A stretch of 43,940 nt of DNA from Acidimicrobiaceae bacterium (GCA_028344675.1 JAOMBT010000005.1:1-43940), one strand, 5' to 3'; counted from the stretch's first letter, positions 1-9,608 are shown. The notes: generated by a model from the letters alone, not told the origin. Numbers and translations are program-made.

Positions 1-1344
1 GAATTCTTATTTGCTAAAACTGATATAGAAAATTTTGTCGATAACCTACCTTTTAAACTTACAAAATCTCAATATAAAACATCTTATGAAATTCTTGATG
101 ATCTCATGAAAGAATATCCAATGAAGAGATTGCTACAGGGTGATGTGGGATCTGGAAAAACAGTTGTTGCATCTGTAGCTATTTATGCTGCGTATATTTC
201 TGGATATCAGGTTGCCTTAATGGCACCTACTGAAGTCCTAGCTGAGCAGCATTTTAATTCAATCAAGATATTTTTAAACAATTATGACCTTCCTATTAAT
301 CTTCTTACTTCCTCAATTAAAGATAGAGAAAGTATTTTGAAAAATATAGAAAACGGTACTCCTGGTCTTATTATTGGTACTCATGCTTTAATACAAGAAA
401 AAATTCAATTCACAAATTTAGGACTAGCAATAATTGATGAACAGCAAAGATTTGGTGTTGAGCAAAGAAAAAAACTTATAAATCAGAATGGAGTTATTCC
501 AGACCAATTAATTATGACGGCTACTCCAATTCCAAGAACAACAGCGTTGTCAATTTATGGTGATTTAGAGATTTCATCAATTAATGAAATGCCACCTGGT
601 AGGAAAGAAGTAGTTTCTTATTTATTTTCCGGACTACAGAATGATAATATTGCCGTCTTTGATAAGTGCATTGATCACCTATCTAATAATTCTCAAATAT
701 TTGTTGTTTGTCCATTTATTGAAGAAAGTGAGTCATCTGACATTCAGTCAGCTGAAAAAGTATACAGCTTATATCAAGAAAAATTTAAAAATCATAATGT
801 CAAAATACTGCATGGAAGAATGTCTTTTGATGAAAAAGATCATATTATGAATGAAATGAAAAAAGGCCAGATTGATATATTGGTTTCAACTGTAGTAATT
901 GAAGTTGGGATTGATATTCCCAATGCCTCCCTGATGATTATCGAAAGTGCAGAAAGATTTGGACTTAATCAACTACATCAACTTAGAGGCCGTGTTGGAA
1001 GGGGAACTAAGCAGTCCGAATGCATTTTTCATATAACAAATAAAAAATCATTATTAACAATAAGTGAGGATGGTAGACAAAGACTCGAAGCAATTGTAGA
1101 AATAAAAGATGGATTCAAACTTTCAGAAATTGACTTGGAAATAAGAGGTGAGGGCAAAGTAACAGGAACAAGCCAATCTGGTCAGTCAGATTTAAAAATC
1201 GCAGATTTAAGGTATGACTATGAGCTGTTAATAAAGTCAAAAGATATTTACGACCAAATTGATTCAACAAAGTTAAAAGACTCAATTTTTAAGGAAGCTA
1301 AGATCTTATTTCCCAATTATTTTAAGGCGGATGGTACAACTTGA
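1..1344 (+). CDS. recG: ATP-dependent DNA helicase RecG, 5'-truncated by the window edge
   Basis: Frame 1 is open from base 1, so the track start at 106 is an internal Met. Motifs QGDVGSGKT, MAPTEVLAEQH, DEQQRFG, MTATPIPRT, QLHQLRGRVGRG and the C-terminal TRG motif (DGFKLSEIDLEIRG) are present. Confidence 0.95.
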   Translation, partial: EFLFAKTDIENFVDNLPFKLTKSQYKTSYEILDDLMKEYPMKRLLQGDVGSGKTVVASVAIYAAYISGYQVALMAPTEVLAEQHFNSIKIFLNNYDLPINLLTSSIKDRESILKNIENGTPGLIIGTHALIQEKIQFTNLGLAIIDEQQRFGVEQRKKLINQNGVIPDQLIMTATPIPRTTALSIYGDLEISSINEMPPGRKEVVSYLFSGLQNDNIAVFDKCIDHLSNNSQIFVVCPFIEESESSDIQSAEKVYSLYQEKFKNHNVKILHGRMSFDEKDHIMNEMKKGQIDILVSTVVIEVGIDIPNASLMIIESAERFGLNQLHQLRGRVGRGTKQSECIFHITNKKSLLTISEDGRQRLEAIVEIKDGFKLSEIDLEIRGEGKVTGTSQSGQSDLKIADLRYDYELLIKSKDIYDQIDSTKLKDSIFKEAKILFPNYFKADGTT

Positions 1345-1877
1345 GAATTTTAGCTGGTAACTACAAATCAAGAAAAATAAACACTATCAATAGTCCCAAT
1401 ACTCGTCCCATGATGAGTAAGGTAAGAGAGTCTATATTCAATTCTTTACAGTTTAAAATTCCAGATTCTGATATTTTAGATCTTTATGCAGGCTCTGGAA
1501 GCTTAGGCATTGAAGCATTAAGTAGGGGTGCAAGATTTACTACTTTTGTTGAAAAATCCAGAGACTGTATAAATATATTAGAAAAAAACTTAAAAGGGCT
1601 TGATAATAATTACAAAATTACAAATCTATCTGTTGATGCTTTTCTAGCTACATCTATAAACAAATATGAAATAGTTTTTTATGATCCACCTTTTAATTTT
1701 GAAACAAAAATTATTGATAATGAAATCTCTCTAATTGGTAACTCTATTTCTGATAGTGGCTATCTAATAATCCATAGACACTCCTCTTCAGAATCAATTC
1801 AATTACCAAAATTTTATAAAATTAGTAAAGAAAAAAACTACGGTCAAAGTAATATTCTTATATTGAATAAAATATGA
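1341..1877 (+). CDS. rsmD: 16S rRNA m2G966 methyltransferase RsmD
   Basis: MRILAG start, RPMMSKVRESIFN, LDLYAGSGSLGIEALSRGA and DPPF motifs. TTG start overlaps the recG TGA (TTGA). Confidence 0.93.
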   Translation: MRILAGNYKSRKINTINSPNTRPMMSKVRESIFNSLQFKIPDSDILDLYAGSGSLGIEALSRGARFTTFVEKSRDCINILEKNLKGLDNNYKITNLSVDAFLATSINKYEIVFYDPPFNFETKIIDNEISLIGNSISDSGYLIIHRHSSSESIQLPKFYKISKEKNYGQSNILILNKI

Positions 1878-2338
1878 AAATTTTGATTCCAGGTTCATTT
1901 GATCCGCCAACTAATGGCCACATAGACGTAATTAACAGGTGTTCTAAAATTTTCTCCGAAATTATAGTTGGTGTAGTTGTTAATCCTTCTAAAGATTCAT
2001 TATTTACTCGTAATGAAAGGTCAGAGATGTTAGAAAATATATTTCAAGAAAAAGAAAATATCAAAGTTGAAAGTTTTGAAGGGCTTTTAGTCGATTTTGC
2101 TTCAAAAAATAGTGTTGATGCAATTGTTAAAGGTTTACGAGCAATGACAGATTTCGATTATGAATTCCAAATGGCACAAGCAAACTCAACGCTCGCTGGA
2201 TATGAGACTATTTTTATACCATCTTCACCTGAGTATGGATATTTATCAAGTTCTATGGTTAAAGAAATCCACTCATATGGAGGAGATGTTTCTTCACTTG
2301 TTCCGTCAGAAGTATTAAAAAGCTTAAAAAATGAGTAG
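1874..2338 (+). CDS. coaD: Phosphopantetheine adenylyltransferase
   Basis: PGSFDPPTNGH (HxGH-like), KGLRAMTDFDYEFQMA and SSSMVKEI motifs; canonical position after rsmD. Confidence 0.96.
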   Translation: MKILIPGSFDPPTNGHIDVINRCSKIFSEIIVGVVVNPSKDSLFTRNERSEMLENIFQEKENIKVESFEGLLVDFASKNSVDAIVKGLRAMTDFDYEFQMAQANSTLAGYETIFIPSSPEYGYLSSSMVKEIHSYGGDVSSLVPSEVLKSLKNE

Positions 2339-2837
2339 TTCTGATATTAATTTTGAGAATGTTATTAAGGGGAATAAGTCTCTCAATATTGTTGATAAAC
2401 TCGAAGAGTTAAGAACACAATTAAATTCTAATTCTTTAAAAGGTAGGATTAATAAAAAAGAAATAGTCAAAAGCATTGATGAAATTATTGATTCAGTTCC
2501 TGTAGAAATGAGAACAGCACGTTGGATAGTTAGGGAACAAGAAAGTTTTATCAACCAGGCAAAGCAAGAATCTAAGAATTTAGTTAACGATGCTAAAATT
2601 GAATCTGAAAAACTTATTGCCAATTCATACGTTTTACAAGAAGCTGTTATCGAGGCTAATGCTCTTATTAAACAAGCTGAAGTTGAAACTCAGGCTTATA
2701 GGGCTAATATTGAAGACACAATTGATCAAAAAATTGAAGATATCCAATCAAAAATTCAGCAAATGGCGAATTTTCTTGAAATTGAAAAAAACAAACTAAG
2801 AGAACCAAGAAATATTGATAAGCCTCCAAAATTATGA
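2331..2837 (+). CDS. Coiled-coil protein, probable SepIVA/DivIVA-like family
   Basis: Helical heptad-rich sequence (VPVEMRTARWIVREQESFINQAKQE), located between coaD and DUF177 as in the actinobacterial coaD-sepIVA-DUF177-rpmF-rnc order. Confidence 0.6.
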   Translation: MSSSDINFENVIKGNKSLNIVDKLEELRTQLNSNSLKGRINKKEIVKSIDEIIDSVPVEMRTARWIVREQESFINQAKQESKNLVNDAKIESEKLIANSYVLQEAVIEANALIKQAEVETQAYRANIEDTIDQKIEDIQSKIQQMANFLEIEKNKLREPRNIDKPPKL

Positions 2838-3331
2838 GTCTTGATACAAAAATTAAAACTGTTGACCTAATCAATTCAAAGCAAACTCTGGAATTAAGTC
2901 GTTCTGGACAATTACCTATTAAATATGGCTGTAACTTTACAAATGATGAAAATAATCTTGCTTATAAATCATCATCTAAGATTCATGATGATATTTTAAC
3001 ATTTCATTTATTAGTAGAATTTGAATATCAAGCTGAGTGCGGAAGATGTTTATCAATTGATATATGTCAAAATACAAATTCACGTGATTTTTCGTTAAAT
3101 TTGAATACTGAAAATGACTACGAGCTAAATTTAGATTCAGAATTTGTTGATTTTGAACCATTTATTTCTGAGATGATAATAGATAAATTAGAGATAAACT
3201 ATTTATGTAAGATTAACTGTAAGGGGCTGTGTTCTGATTGTGGTTTAAATATGAATAAAAATGATTGCAACCACGAAGAAAAAAAGTTAAAAGAAAGCCC
3301 ATTTTCTTCTCTAAGTCAGCTAGATTTGTAG
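2834..3331 (+). CDS. yceD: DUF177/YceD family protein (large-subunit rRNA accumulation)
   Basis: ECGRCL and LCKINCKGLCSDCGLNMN..CNH motifs; directly upstream of rpmF. Confidence 0.85.
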   Translation: MSLDTKIKTVDLINSKQTLELSRSGQLPIKYGCNFTNDENNLAYKSSSKIHDDILTFHLLVEFEYQAECGRCLSIDICQNTNSRDFSLNLNTENDYELNLDSEFVDFEPFISEMIIDKLEINYLCKINCKGLCSDCGLNMNKNDCNHEEKKLKESPFSSLSQLDL

Positions 3332-3349
3332 TTTGAAAGGAATATAGCA

Positions 3350-3532
3350 ATGGCAGTACCAAAGAAAAAAATGTCTAAGTCAAGGACTAGACGAAGAAAA
3401 GCTACTCATAAAATTTCTAAACCACATTTTGTTGTTGATCCGGAAACAGGAGTTGCAAAAAAATCACATAGAGTCAATCCTGTTGATGGTACCTACAACG
3501 GTCGTCAAGTAAAAGAACCCGAAGTAAGTTAA
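3350..3532 (+). CDS. rpmF: 50S ribosomal protein L32, Cys-free form
   Basis: MAVPKKKMSKSRTRRRKA start and G.Y.GRQV end; SD-like AAGGA upstream. Confidence 0.96.
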   Translation: MAVPKKKMSKSRTRRRKATHKISKPHFVVDPETGVAKKSHRVNPVDGTYNGRQVKEPEVS

Positions 3533-3539
3533 TTCAATT

Positions 3540-4511
3540 ATGAATACTATTGCTGTAGATGCAATGGGTGGAGACTCAGCTCCAGTTGATATAGTCAAAG
3601 GAGCTATCAAAGCAAAACAACTTGGTGTAAATGTTGTTTTATGTGGTGATAAAAACTTAATTAATCCATATTTAGACAATGTAGAAATACCTATATTTCA
3701 TTATCCACAAGTTATTTCTATGGATGAAGATCCAATGAAGGCAATAAGATCAAAAAAACAAGCTTCAATAATTGGATGTATGCAATTATTGAAGCAAAAT
3801 AAAGTACAAGCAGTCTTTTCTGCTGGCTCAACAGGCGCAACATTATTAAGTGCTATTTCTACTCTTGGCAAGCAAAAAGGAATCATTAGACCAGCAATAG
3901 CTTCGGTCCTCCCTACACTTGATGGAGGTATAGTCTTATTAGATTCAGGTGCAAGTCTAGATGTAAAGCCAAAAATATTATTCCAATATGGAGTTATGGG
4001 AGCTAAGTTAGCTGAAATTTTATTTAATAAGTCAAATCCCAAAGTAGGTCTTTTAAACAATGGAGAAGAGGATACTAAAGGACGAGATGTCGAGAAAATG
4101 GCTTATAAACTTCTTAAAAGTAGTAATTTAAATTTTGTTGGCAATATAGAGGGTAGAGATTTTGCTACAGGTAAAGCAGATGTATTTGTGACAGATGGTT
4201 TCACTGGAAATATTGTTTTAAAAACTATGGAGGGAACCGCAAAACTGCAATCAAAGTTAATCTCAAAGTCTCTAAAAGATAATTTATTTAAACCTTTATT
4301 ACCTGCAGTTAAAAAGGCATTTCAGCCCGCAAAAGATATATTAAATCCAGATAAGACAAATGCTTCTTACTTGCTTGGAGTAAATGGTGTTGTAACTATT
4401 GGCCATGGTTCATCTAATGGTGAGGCCGTTAAAAATGCAATTATTTACACTAATAATTCAGTTAATAAAGAATTTATAAGTGATTTCACTTCTGAAATAG
4501 AAATATCGTGA
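3540..4511 (+). CDS. plsX: Phosphate acyltransferase PlsX
   Basis: IAVDAMGGD, SAGSTGA, RPAIA, LLNNGEEDTKG, NIEG, DGFTGNIVLKTMEG and GHGSS motifs. Confidence 0.95.
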   Translation: MNTIAVDAMGGDSAPVDIVKGAIKAKQLGVNVVLCGDKNLINPYLDNVEIPIFHYPQVISMDEDPMKAIRSKKQASIIGCMQLLKQNKVQAVFSAGSTGATLLSAISTLGKQKGIIRPAIASVLPTLDGGIVLLDSGASLDVKPKILFQYGVMGAKLAEILFNKSNPKVGLLNNGEEDTKGRDVEKMAYKLLKSSNLNFVGNIEGRDFATGKADVFVTDGFTGNIVLKTMEGTAKLQSKLISKSLKDNLFKPLLPAVKKAFQPAKDILNPDKTNASYLLGVNGVVTIGHGSSNGEAVKNAIIYTNNSVNKEFISDFTSEIEIS

Positions 4512-5185
4512 ATAATTTAGGCAACTTGGAAAAGCAAATAGGATATAAATTTAAAAATATTACATTATTAAAAATTGCGCTTACACATAAATCTTATTTA
4601 GATGAGAAACCAGAACTAATGTCTAATCAGAGGTATGAATTTTTTGGTGATGCGATTCTTGATTTTGATTTAACCGAATATTTATTTGATAATTATCCAG
4701 ATTTGGATGAGGGAAGTCTTACTAAAATTAGATCAAGTGCAGTAAATCAATTTAACCTAGTTAAAATTGGTAAAAAAATTAATATTGGTAATTTTCTTTA
4801 TCTTAGTAAAGCAGAGGATTCAACTGGAGGTAGAAGTAAAGATTCAATTATTGAAGATGCTGTTGAGGCGCTTATCGCATCTCTTTATTTTGATGGAGGG
4901 TTAAAGGCAGTAAATAATTTTGTATCTATTTTTATTTATCCAAGTATTCAAGAGCTATCTGAAAACCCTGGACAAAAAGATTATAAAACGAGATTACAAG
5001 AGCATTACGCAAAACAAGGCAAAAAAGTAAACTACGAAGATCAATCAAGTGGACCTGATCATGATAAAAATTTTCACACTGAAGTTTTCTTAAATGACGA
5101 ATTAATAGGATCAGGAATAGGTAAGTCTAAAAAAGCATCTCAACAGGCGGCAGCTAAAAATGCACTAAGTAAAACAAATGCCTGA
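4508..5185 (+). CDS. rnc: Ribonuclease III
   Basis: RNase III signature QRYEFFGDAIL, acidic EDAVEA, C-terminal dsRBD (DYKTRLQE ... GKSKKASQQAAA). GTG start overlaps the plsX stop. Confidence 0.96.
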   Translation: MNNLGNLEKQIGYKFKNITLLKIALTHKSYLDEKPELMSNQRYEFFGDAILDFDLTEYLFDNYPDLDEGSLTKIRSSAVNQFNLVKIGKKINIGNFLYLSKAEDSTGGRSKDSIIEDAVEALIASLYFDGGLKAVNNFVSIFIYPSIQELSENPGQKDYKTRLQEHYAKQGKKVNYEDQSSGPDHDKNFHTEVFLNDELIGSGIGKSKKASQQAAAKNALSKTNA

Positions 5186-5981
5186 GCTACCTGAAGTTGA
5201 GTCAATAAAGAAAATTGTTTCCCCAGTATTTATTGGCCAAAAGTTAATTAAATATTCTGTTAATGATGAAAGAACAAATAGATTCAATACTGCTAATCCC
5301 AGAAATTTAGGAGTTTTATTAGATGTATCTAGGAAAGGGAAAGTGTTAGATTTTACATTTAATGACTATTCAATTTTTTTCCATTTAGGTATGAGTGGAA
5401 GAATAGATATTAATAGTAAAACAAATAAACACACAAGGGCAGAATTTATATTCAATAAAGATTGTTTATTTTTTGATGATATAAGAAAATTCGGATATAT
5501 AAAATTTACTTCAAATCAGTTAAAGGATGAACTCTTGCAATTGATAGGACCTGATATATTGGAATTATCTATCGAAAATAAAAGAAATATACTAAAGAAA
5601 GGACAAAACTCAAAAGTAACTATTAAAAATTTTTTACTAAATCAAAAAAACATGAGTGGACTAGGGAATATTTACGTTAATGAAGTTTTACACAAAGCAA
5701 ACATACACCCTCTTTCTTCTACAGAGAAGTTAAATAAAAACCATTGGAAAAGAATTTTTCTATATTCAAAAAAAGTTTTAACTTTAGCTATTAACAATAA
5801 TGGAACAACACTTGATGATATGACTTACTTTCTTCCAAATGGTAGTTATGGATCAAATCAAAAATTTTTAAATATTTACAATAAAAATACTTGCAATAAA
5901 TGCAAAAATAAAATTGATAAACTGTATATTGATAACAGATCAAGTTATGTATGTAAAAAATGTCAATTCCTAATAAATTAA
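5178..5981 (+). CDS. mutM: Formamidopyrimidine-DNA glycosylase
   Basis: MPELPEVE N-terminus, HLGMSG, H2TH motif GLGNIYVNE, and C-terminal zinc finger CNKC...RSSYVCKKCQ. Confidence 0.95.
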   Translation: MPELPEVESIKKIVSPVFIGQKLIKYSVNDERTNRFNTANPRNLGVLLDVSRKGKVLDFTFNDYSIFFHLGMSGRIDINSKTNKHTRAEFIFNKDCLFFDDIRKFGYIKFTSNQLKDELLQLIGPDILELSIENKRNILKKGQNSKVTIKNFLLNQKNMSGLGNIYVNEVLHKANIHPLSSTEKLNKNHWKRIFLYSKKVLTLAINNNGTTLDDMTYFLPNGSYGSNQKFLNIYNKNTCNKCKNKIDKLYIDNRSSYVCKKCQFLIN

Positions 5982-6907
5982 ATGTCGAACTTTTTAGAGA
6001 TGGAAATTTAGAATCTAATCATATTGTCAATTTTTATAATTTAAAATCTAATTCAGATGATTATTTTTTTCCAAGGTCATCAGTAAAACCTTTTCAGATA
6101 CTTCCTCTTCTTTATAAATTAAGTGATCAAAACGAAATCAATATAACTGATGAGGAAATTGCGCTATTTGCTTCGTCTCACTCAGGTGAAGAATTACATA
6201 CGGACCTTATATTAAAAACTTCTGAAAAATATAATCTCAATCTCGAGTTTTTAACTTGTGGTGCTCAACGACCATTTCATGATAAAACTGCTGATCGAAT
6301 TCTAAATTTTAATAATAAATTTTTAAGAATTCATAACAATTGTTCAGGCAAGCATTTATCGATGTTACTTTATTCAAAGGTATTAAATGTAGATTTTCAA
6401 AATTACTACAAAATTGATCACAAATCACAAACTAACATTAATAAATTTTTTCATGAAATATTTCAAACAAAAGATATTACCTATGGCATTGATGGATGTG
6501 GACTTCCAGCAATCAGGCTAAAAGCTTCACATTTTATTGACTCAATTAACTATATTAAAAATTCAAAATATAATGAATTATGGAATAGAGTATTTAACGC
6601 ATATGTTCGTTTTCCTGAGATAATCGGTGGCACAAATAGAGCTGATACTAATTTAATCAAAAATTCAAATTCGCCTTTGTTAGCTAAATCCGGTGCTGAA
6701 GGTGTTATGTTTGTTACTAATAATAATCAGTCTTTTTTATTTAAGTGCTTGGATGGTAGTAAGAGGGGAGTTGATTTAGCATCTTCATACTACTTAAAAA
6801 GCATCGGACTTGTTAATAGCTCACCATTTGAATCTCAAGTAGACCTTTATTCTATGAATCGACAAAATAACAAAGCTGTAGAAATTAAGATTAGTAAAAA
6901 TTTCTGA
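5960..6907 (+). CDS. L-asparaginase II (Rhizobium-type, class 3) family protein
   Basis: RSSVKPFQ (S-x-x-K), SHSGEELH, HNNCSGKH, DGCG and AKSGAEG motifs. Confidence 0.85.
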   Translation: MSIPNKLNVELFRDGNLESNHIVNFYNLKSNSDDYFFPRSSVKPFQILPLLYKLSDQNEINITDEEIALFASSHSGEELHTDLILKTSEKYNLNLEFLTCGAQRPFHDKTADRILNFNNKFLRIHNNCSGKHLSMLLYSKVLNVDFQNYYKIDHKSQTNINKFFHEIFQTKDITYGIDGCGLPAIRLKASHFIDSINYIKNSKYNELWNRVFNAYVRFPEIIGGTNRADTNLIKNSNSPLLAKSGAEGVMFVTNNNQSFLFKCLDGSKRGVDLASSYYLKSIGLVNSSPFESQVDLYSMNRQNNKAVEIKISKNF

Positions 6908-6962
6908 ATTTAAACAATTTAATCTTATTTTTACTACAATGTACTTAACAACAGGGTAATAA

Positions 6963-9608
6963 ATGTATTTAAAATCATTAGATATTAATGGGTTTAAGTC
7001 TTTTTCAGAAAAGACTATTATTGATTTCTCAAACGAAGTCAATGTTATTGTAGGCCCAAATGGTTCAGGTAAATCAAACGTAGTTGATGCTATTTCATGG
7101 GTTCTTGGTACGCAAAGCCCAGCAACACTAAGAACAAATAAAATGGAAGATGTAATATTTGCAGGTACCGAAAAATTATCAGCAAAAGGATATTCTGAAG
7201 TTTATTTAAATTTTGAAGTTGACGAAAAATTATTTAATGGAAATAGTGAAATTTCAATTGGCAGAAAGCTATTTAGAGATGGAACTTCAGAATATTTTAT
7301 GAATGGATTAAATTGCAGGCTACTTGATATCCAAGAATTTCTAAATGATGTTGGTATAGGTAAACAGCAGCACATTATAATTTCACAAGGGCAAATAGCT
7401 GAAATATTAAATTCTAAACCCGAAGACCACAGACTTACAATAGAAGAAGCAGCTGGAATTCTTCCACTTAGATCGAAGAAAGAAAAATCCTTAAAAAGAA
7501 TTGAATCTGGAGAAAAAGAAATTAAAAGAGCTAAAGATGTTTTAAGAGAAATTAAAAAACAATTGAAACCATTAAGAGAGCAAGCTGAACAGGCTCGTAT
7601 TCATGAAGAAAAAACAAATTTGCTTAAAATAAAGATGGTTGAATTAAATATTCTTTTATTTAAGAAATATAAAAATTTAGATAACCAACAAGATACACAT
7701 GAGAAAGAAATTAACAATTCCTTAAATATTATAGATAAAAAGATTTTAGACTTGAAAAATCAAAAAAGTAAGATAAATACTGAGCTTGGGGACGGTGTTT
7801 CAATAGGTTCAACTTTAAAAGACTACTCATCAAAATTTTTAAACATATCGGAACAGCTTAGGTCAATTGCCCAAGTTGCTAGTGAAAGAAAAGATAATTT
7901 AGAAAGAGATGAGATTAAAACAGTTGAAGAATTATCTAAGATTAACAAAAAAATTAAAGTAAATTCTGAACAAATTTCAAATCTTTCATCACAATTAATT
8001 TCTAAAAAATTAGTATTAGGTTCACTCCAAGAAACATATAAACAAATTAAATTTCAATTAGAAGATATAATTAAGAAGCTTTCGGCCTCTACTGAGGTAA
8101 ATGAAGCACTTCTTCAAAGCGAGATAAGCCAGCTAAATAATAGTATCTCTGATACAACTGTTAATTTAAATAATTTGAATTCTGATTTAAAAAAATGGGA
8201 AAATGACTTATCAGAATCAGAAAAGTTGATTGATAATATCAATGATGAAATTTTTAGTAGTGATATTATTCTTGAAAGTGTACCCCAATTAATTAATAAA
8301 ACTAAATCTATTTTAAATAGAGAAGTTTTTATTAATAGCAATAAATTAACTGAAAAAGAAAATTCCCATAAAGATTTAGTTCAAGAATTAACTATAAAAG
8401 AAAATCTATTAGACAGTCTCAATGAAAATGAACAATTTAAAAAAGATATTAATAATCAAAAAAAAGAATTTGAAGATCAAATAATTCAAATTGAAAATGA
8501 AATTAGTGCAGTTTCTAACCAACTCATATCATCACAGGAAAGAATTAAATCGTTAACAGAACAAAATGACGATCTTAATAAAATTAAGAACGAAATTTCT
8601 CTTAAATCATCTGATGTAAATATAAATAATCTTTCTAATTTAATAAACTCAACAAAGTTATTTATTGAGTTTTCAAATAAAACATCTGATACATTAGAAA
8701 CAAAAGCTTTATATTTTGATGATAAATATGGAAATTCAAATAAAAAGATAACAACAATTGATGAACAAATAGATAATTTGAACAAGGAATATTTCAGCTT
8801 CAAAGAGTCCTTAACCAATATTGCTATAAAGAGATCAGAGTACAATACTTCTAAATCTCAACATTATTCAAACTTAACAAATATTTATGGTTTAACAATT
8901 GAAGAAATAAATAATTATTATCTTGAAAATGAAAGTCAGGAGATACTCCATAATGAAATTAAGGCTATTGAACACATGTTAGAAGAGATTGGTACGGTTA
9001 ATTACTTAGCAAAAGAAGATTATGAATCATTAAACAACAGATTTGAAGATATAACTTCTACAATTGAAGATTTAAGTTTAGCTAAAAAGGAATTATTAGA
9101 GAATATAAATGAAATTGAAAAAGAAATAGAATTTCAAATTGAATCTTCTTTTAATTCTATATCGGTTCATTTTTCTGAAATTTTTGAAACATTATTTCCA
9201 GGAGGAAATGGTTCTCTTTCTTTCACAGATAAATCTAATATACTTGAAACAGGTATTGAAATATCAGTACAGCCAAGAGGTAAAAAAATTAAAAAATTAA
9301 GTTTATTATCTGGTGGAGAACGCTCCTTAGCAGCTATAGCTTTTCTTTTTTCAATTTTTAAATCATTTCCTAGTCCTTTTTACATATTAGATGAAGTTGA
9401 AGCTGCATTAGATGATGCTAATTTACACCGTATGATTAATTTACTTAAACATGTAAAAAATGATGCACAATATATTATTGTTACACATCAACAACAAACA
9501 ATGCATGCTGGAGATATATTGTATGGAGTAACAATGGAACCTGGCTCTGGATCTAGAGTATTTACAAAAACCAAAAAAGATTTTGAAAGTATGATTAATA
9601 CTAAATGA
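6963..9608 (+). CDS. smc: Chromosome segregation protein Smc, short form with no recognisable hinge
   Basis: GFKSF, Walker A GPNGSGKSN, Q-loop ISQGQI, IEEAAG, joint-like IGTVNYLAKEDY, signature LSGGE, and Walker B/D-loop ILDEVEAALD. Confidence 0.9.
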   Translation: MYLKSLDINGFKSFSEKTIIDFSNEVNVIVGPNGSGKSNVVDAISWVLGTQSPATLRTNKMEDVIFAGTEKLSAKGYSEVYLNFEVDEKLFNGNSEISIGRKLFRDGTSEYFMNGLNCRLLDIQEFLNDVGIGKQQHIIISQGQIAEILNSKPEDHRLTIEEAAGILPLRSKKEKSLKRIESGEKEIKRAKDVLREIKKQLKPLREQAEQARIHEEKTNLLKIKMVELNILLFKKYKNLDNQQDTHEKEINNSLNIIDKKILDLKNQKSKINTELGDGVSIGSTLKDYSSKFLNISEQLRSIAQVASERKDNLERDEIKTVEELSKINKKIKVNSEQISNLSSQLISKKLVLGSLQETYKQIKFQLEDIIKKLSASTEVNEALLQSEISQLNNSISDTTVNLNNLNSDLKKWENDLSESEKLIDNINDEIFSSDIILESVPQLINKTKSILNREVFINSNKLTEKENSHKDLVQELTIKENLLDSLNENEQFKKDINNQKKEFEDQIIQIENEISAVSNQLISSQERIKSLTEQNDDLNKIKNEISLKSSDVNINNLSNLINSTKLFIEFSNKTSDTLETKALYFDDKYGNSNKKITTIDEQIDNLNKEYFSFKESLTNIAIKRSEYNTSKSQHYSNLTNIYGLTIEEINNYYLENESQEILHNEIKAIEHMLEEIGTVNYLAKEDYESLNNRFEDITSTIEDLSLAKKELLENINEIEKEIEFQIESSFNSISVHFSEIFETLFPGGNGSLSFTDKSNILETGIEISVQPRGKKIKKLSLLSGGERSLAAIAFLFSIFKSFPSPFYILDEVEAALDDANLHRMINLLKHVKNDAQYIIVTHQQQTMHAGDILYGVTMEPGSGSRVFTKTKKDFESMINTK

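Noticed and set aside
1-6. Window begins with GAATTC (EcoRI site)
   Set aside because: It lies inside the recG frame. It may reflect a clone end or chance and has no biological meaning I can support.
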